A stretch of 64,000 bases of DNA from positions 1 to 64,000 of the forward strand of contig CDROCS010003817.1 of assembly GCA_977020255.1 (NCBI GenBank), written 5' to 3'. Below are positions 62,629 through 64,000 of this stretch, in pieces (positions within the stretch are counted from its first letter, which is position 1; each line of letters opens with the position of its first letter). The position numbers and the translations under genes are program-made. The stretch is from Obrimoposthia wandeli (taxonomy: Eukaryota). Below the pieces are notes generated by a model. It was not told the DNA's origin and did not search any database. It was given only the letters and a program-made list of their open reading frames with translations.

Positions 62629-63516
62629 GTCTCCACTGGCAATAAATTTTTCGACTAAACGACCACCTTTTTCTCGTAAATAATGGGTGGTTCTGGGTGT
62701 ACTAGCACCGGTGTTTTCCTGTTTTTCAGCCACATTACCGATGGCATCGTAGCGATAGGCGGTCGTGAGCCCATCTAGCCCTTGCTCTTTAATCAGCCTA
62801 TCCAGAGGGTCATACTCAAATGTATATGGTGCTTTATTTTCATTAGTCAGCGCTGCTAAACGACCGTGGGTATCATATTGGTAGGTAAGTTCACCGCCTA
62901 AGCTGTCAATACGTTTAGTCGGTCTGCCTTCTATATCCACTTGATAATCAGTATATTGGCCTTCTGGGTTGGTATAGCGGGTTAGCTGGCCTAAAAGGTT
63001 ATAGATAAAAGCTTCAGTACTCTTATCAGGGTAGACAATACTGGTTAATCGCTGTTCTTGATCATAGTGGTAGCGCGTCGTATGGCCTAATGCATCGGTG
63101 ATTGCACTTAAATTACTGTGCCTGTCATAGCGATAGTGACTACTTTGTTGCGAGCAATCCGTACGTGCTAACAAGTTACCTCTATCATCATATTTAAAAG
63201 TATTGGTGCCACCTTTAGCGTCAGTGATAAGGGTTGGCCAGCCTTGTCGGCTATATTGATAAGTGGTTTGATTGCCATCTGCCTGTGTTTCTTTTAATAA
63301 ATTACCACGTTCATCATATTCAAATGCAGTGGTGTGACCAAGGTCATCACTAATCTCTATTGGCAGGTTAAAGTCAGCATGATAGCTCACTTGTATACTG
63401 CTACCATCGGTATCTCTTATCAGTATCGCATTACTGCGAGTATCATAGGAAAAACTTTTTTCACCCGCTGCTTCATCAATGACTTTTCTGTCAAACCGAA
63501 GTATTGGGACTGACAT
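62623..63516 (-). pseudogene. Rhs/YD-repeat core fragment
   Basis: About 11 YD repeats (FEYDERGNLL, YRYDRHSNL, FEYDPLDRLIKEQGLDG). No PAAR/N-terminal domain, Rhs core DPxG motif or toxin tip; stop codon lies inside the IS relic. Confidence 0.8.
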
Positions 63517-63780
63517 ATTTTATACTGCCGTTATGACATATAGCGGAGTTTTTCAACTTTACTATCGGGTTCTGCTAAATAGTCACATAATAAAAATACT
63601 GATAAGTTCACTTTGGCACTTTTATGTAAAAAATTGCTATACAGCTGCTTTTTTTAAACCTTTATCTTAAGCTTCATATTATCAACTGTCTTATAGCAAA
63701 GAGGTTTGATACTCTGTAGCGCTGTTATTATCCGGCCCTTAGATAGCCCCTGTATTTATATTATTAATGTGAAAAATCAG

Positions 63781-64000
63781 ATGAAAACAACTAACACCAC
63801 CCAACAACACACACCTATGATGCAACAGTATTTTAAAATTAAAGCTGAGCATCCCGATCAGATCGTTTTTTATCGGATGGGTGATTTTTATGAAATGTTT
63901 TTTGACGATGCTAAGCGTGCTTCGCAACTGTTGGGAATTTCGCTGACAGCCCGTGGTAAAGCGGGAGGCGAGCCTATTCCTATGGCGGGTTTCCCTTACC
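63781..64000 (+). CDS. mutS: DNA mismatch repair protein MutS, partial (5' end)
   Basis: Not in ORF track. [59 protein letters not shown]...IPMAGFPY. Confidence 0.97.
   Translation, partial: MKTTNTTQQHTPMMQQYFKIKAEHPDQIVFYRMGDFYEMFFDDAKRASQLLGISLTARGKAGGEPIPMAGFPY

Noticed and set aside
63528-63548. CGTTAT-N5-ATAGCG dyad upstream of the Rhs fragment, vaguely ModE-like
   Set aside because: Spacing and flanks do not fit the ModE consensus and no molybdenum gene is adjacent.

Overview
This 64 kb window looks like chromosome from an AT-rich marine gammaproteobacterium. The lptG-lptF/pepA-holC-valS block, the rpsF-rpsR-DUF2232-rplI...dnaB block and napEFDABC resemble Oceanospirillales/Pseudomonadales gene order (inference). 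Core genes (lptFG, pepA, holC, valS, dnaB, rpsF/rpsR/rplI, start of mutS) alternate with accessory modules. These are a BMP nucleoside ABC system, FNR-controlled periplasmic nitrate reductase, a PecS/PecM pair with three operators, a DMSP-lyase-family cupin, an FMN riboswitch with type II ribH, CadA/CadR, frmA, a rearranged sigX-cfrX-cmpX operon facing an unusual beta-barrel gene and aqpZ, a PACE pump, LuxR plus a Tat-type TRAP transporter divergent from glaH(csiD)-lhgO, a PAS-GGDEF protein, and a Tdm-type (TMAO demethylase) gene with a betaine-family ABC transporter and LacI regulator. The most notable observations are: (1) back-to-back identical GTGACT-N17-GTCT ECF-type promoters that appear to drive sigX and the barrel gene in place of oprF; (2) the Tdm cluster with adjacent perfect 20-bp and 34-bp palindromes; (3) four gene relics, three of them not in the ORF track (cysC, LysR, IS1111-type left end) plus an Rhs fragment that the IS end truncates. 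No rRNA, tRNA, CRISPR array or intact prophage/IS was seen. Family assignments come from recognised motifs, not from database searches.
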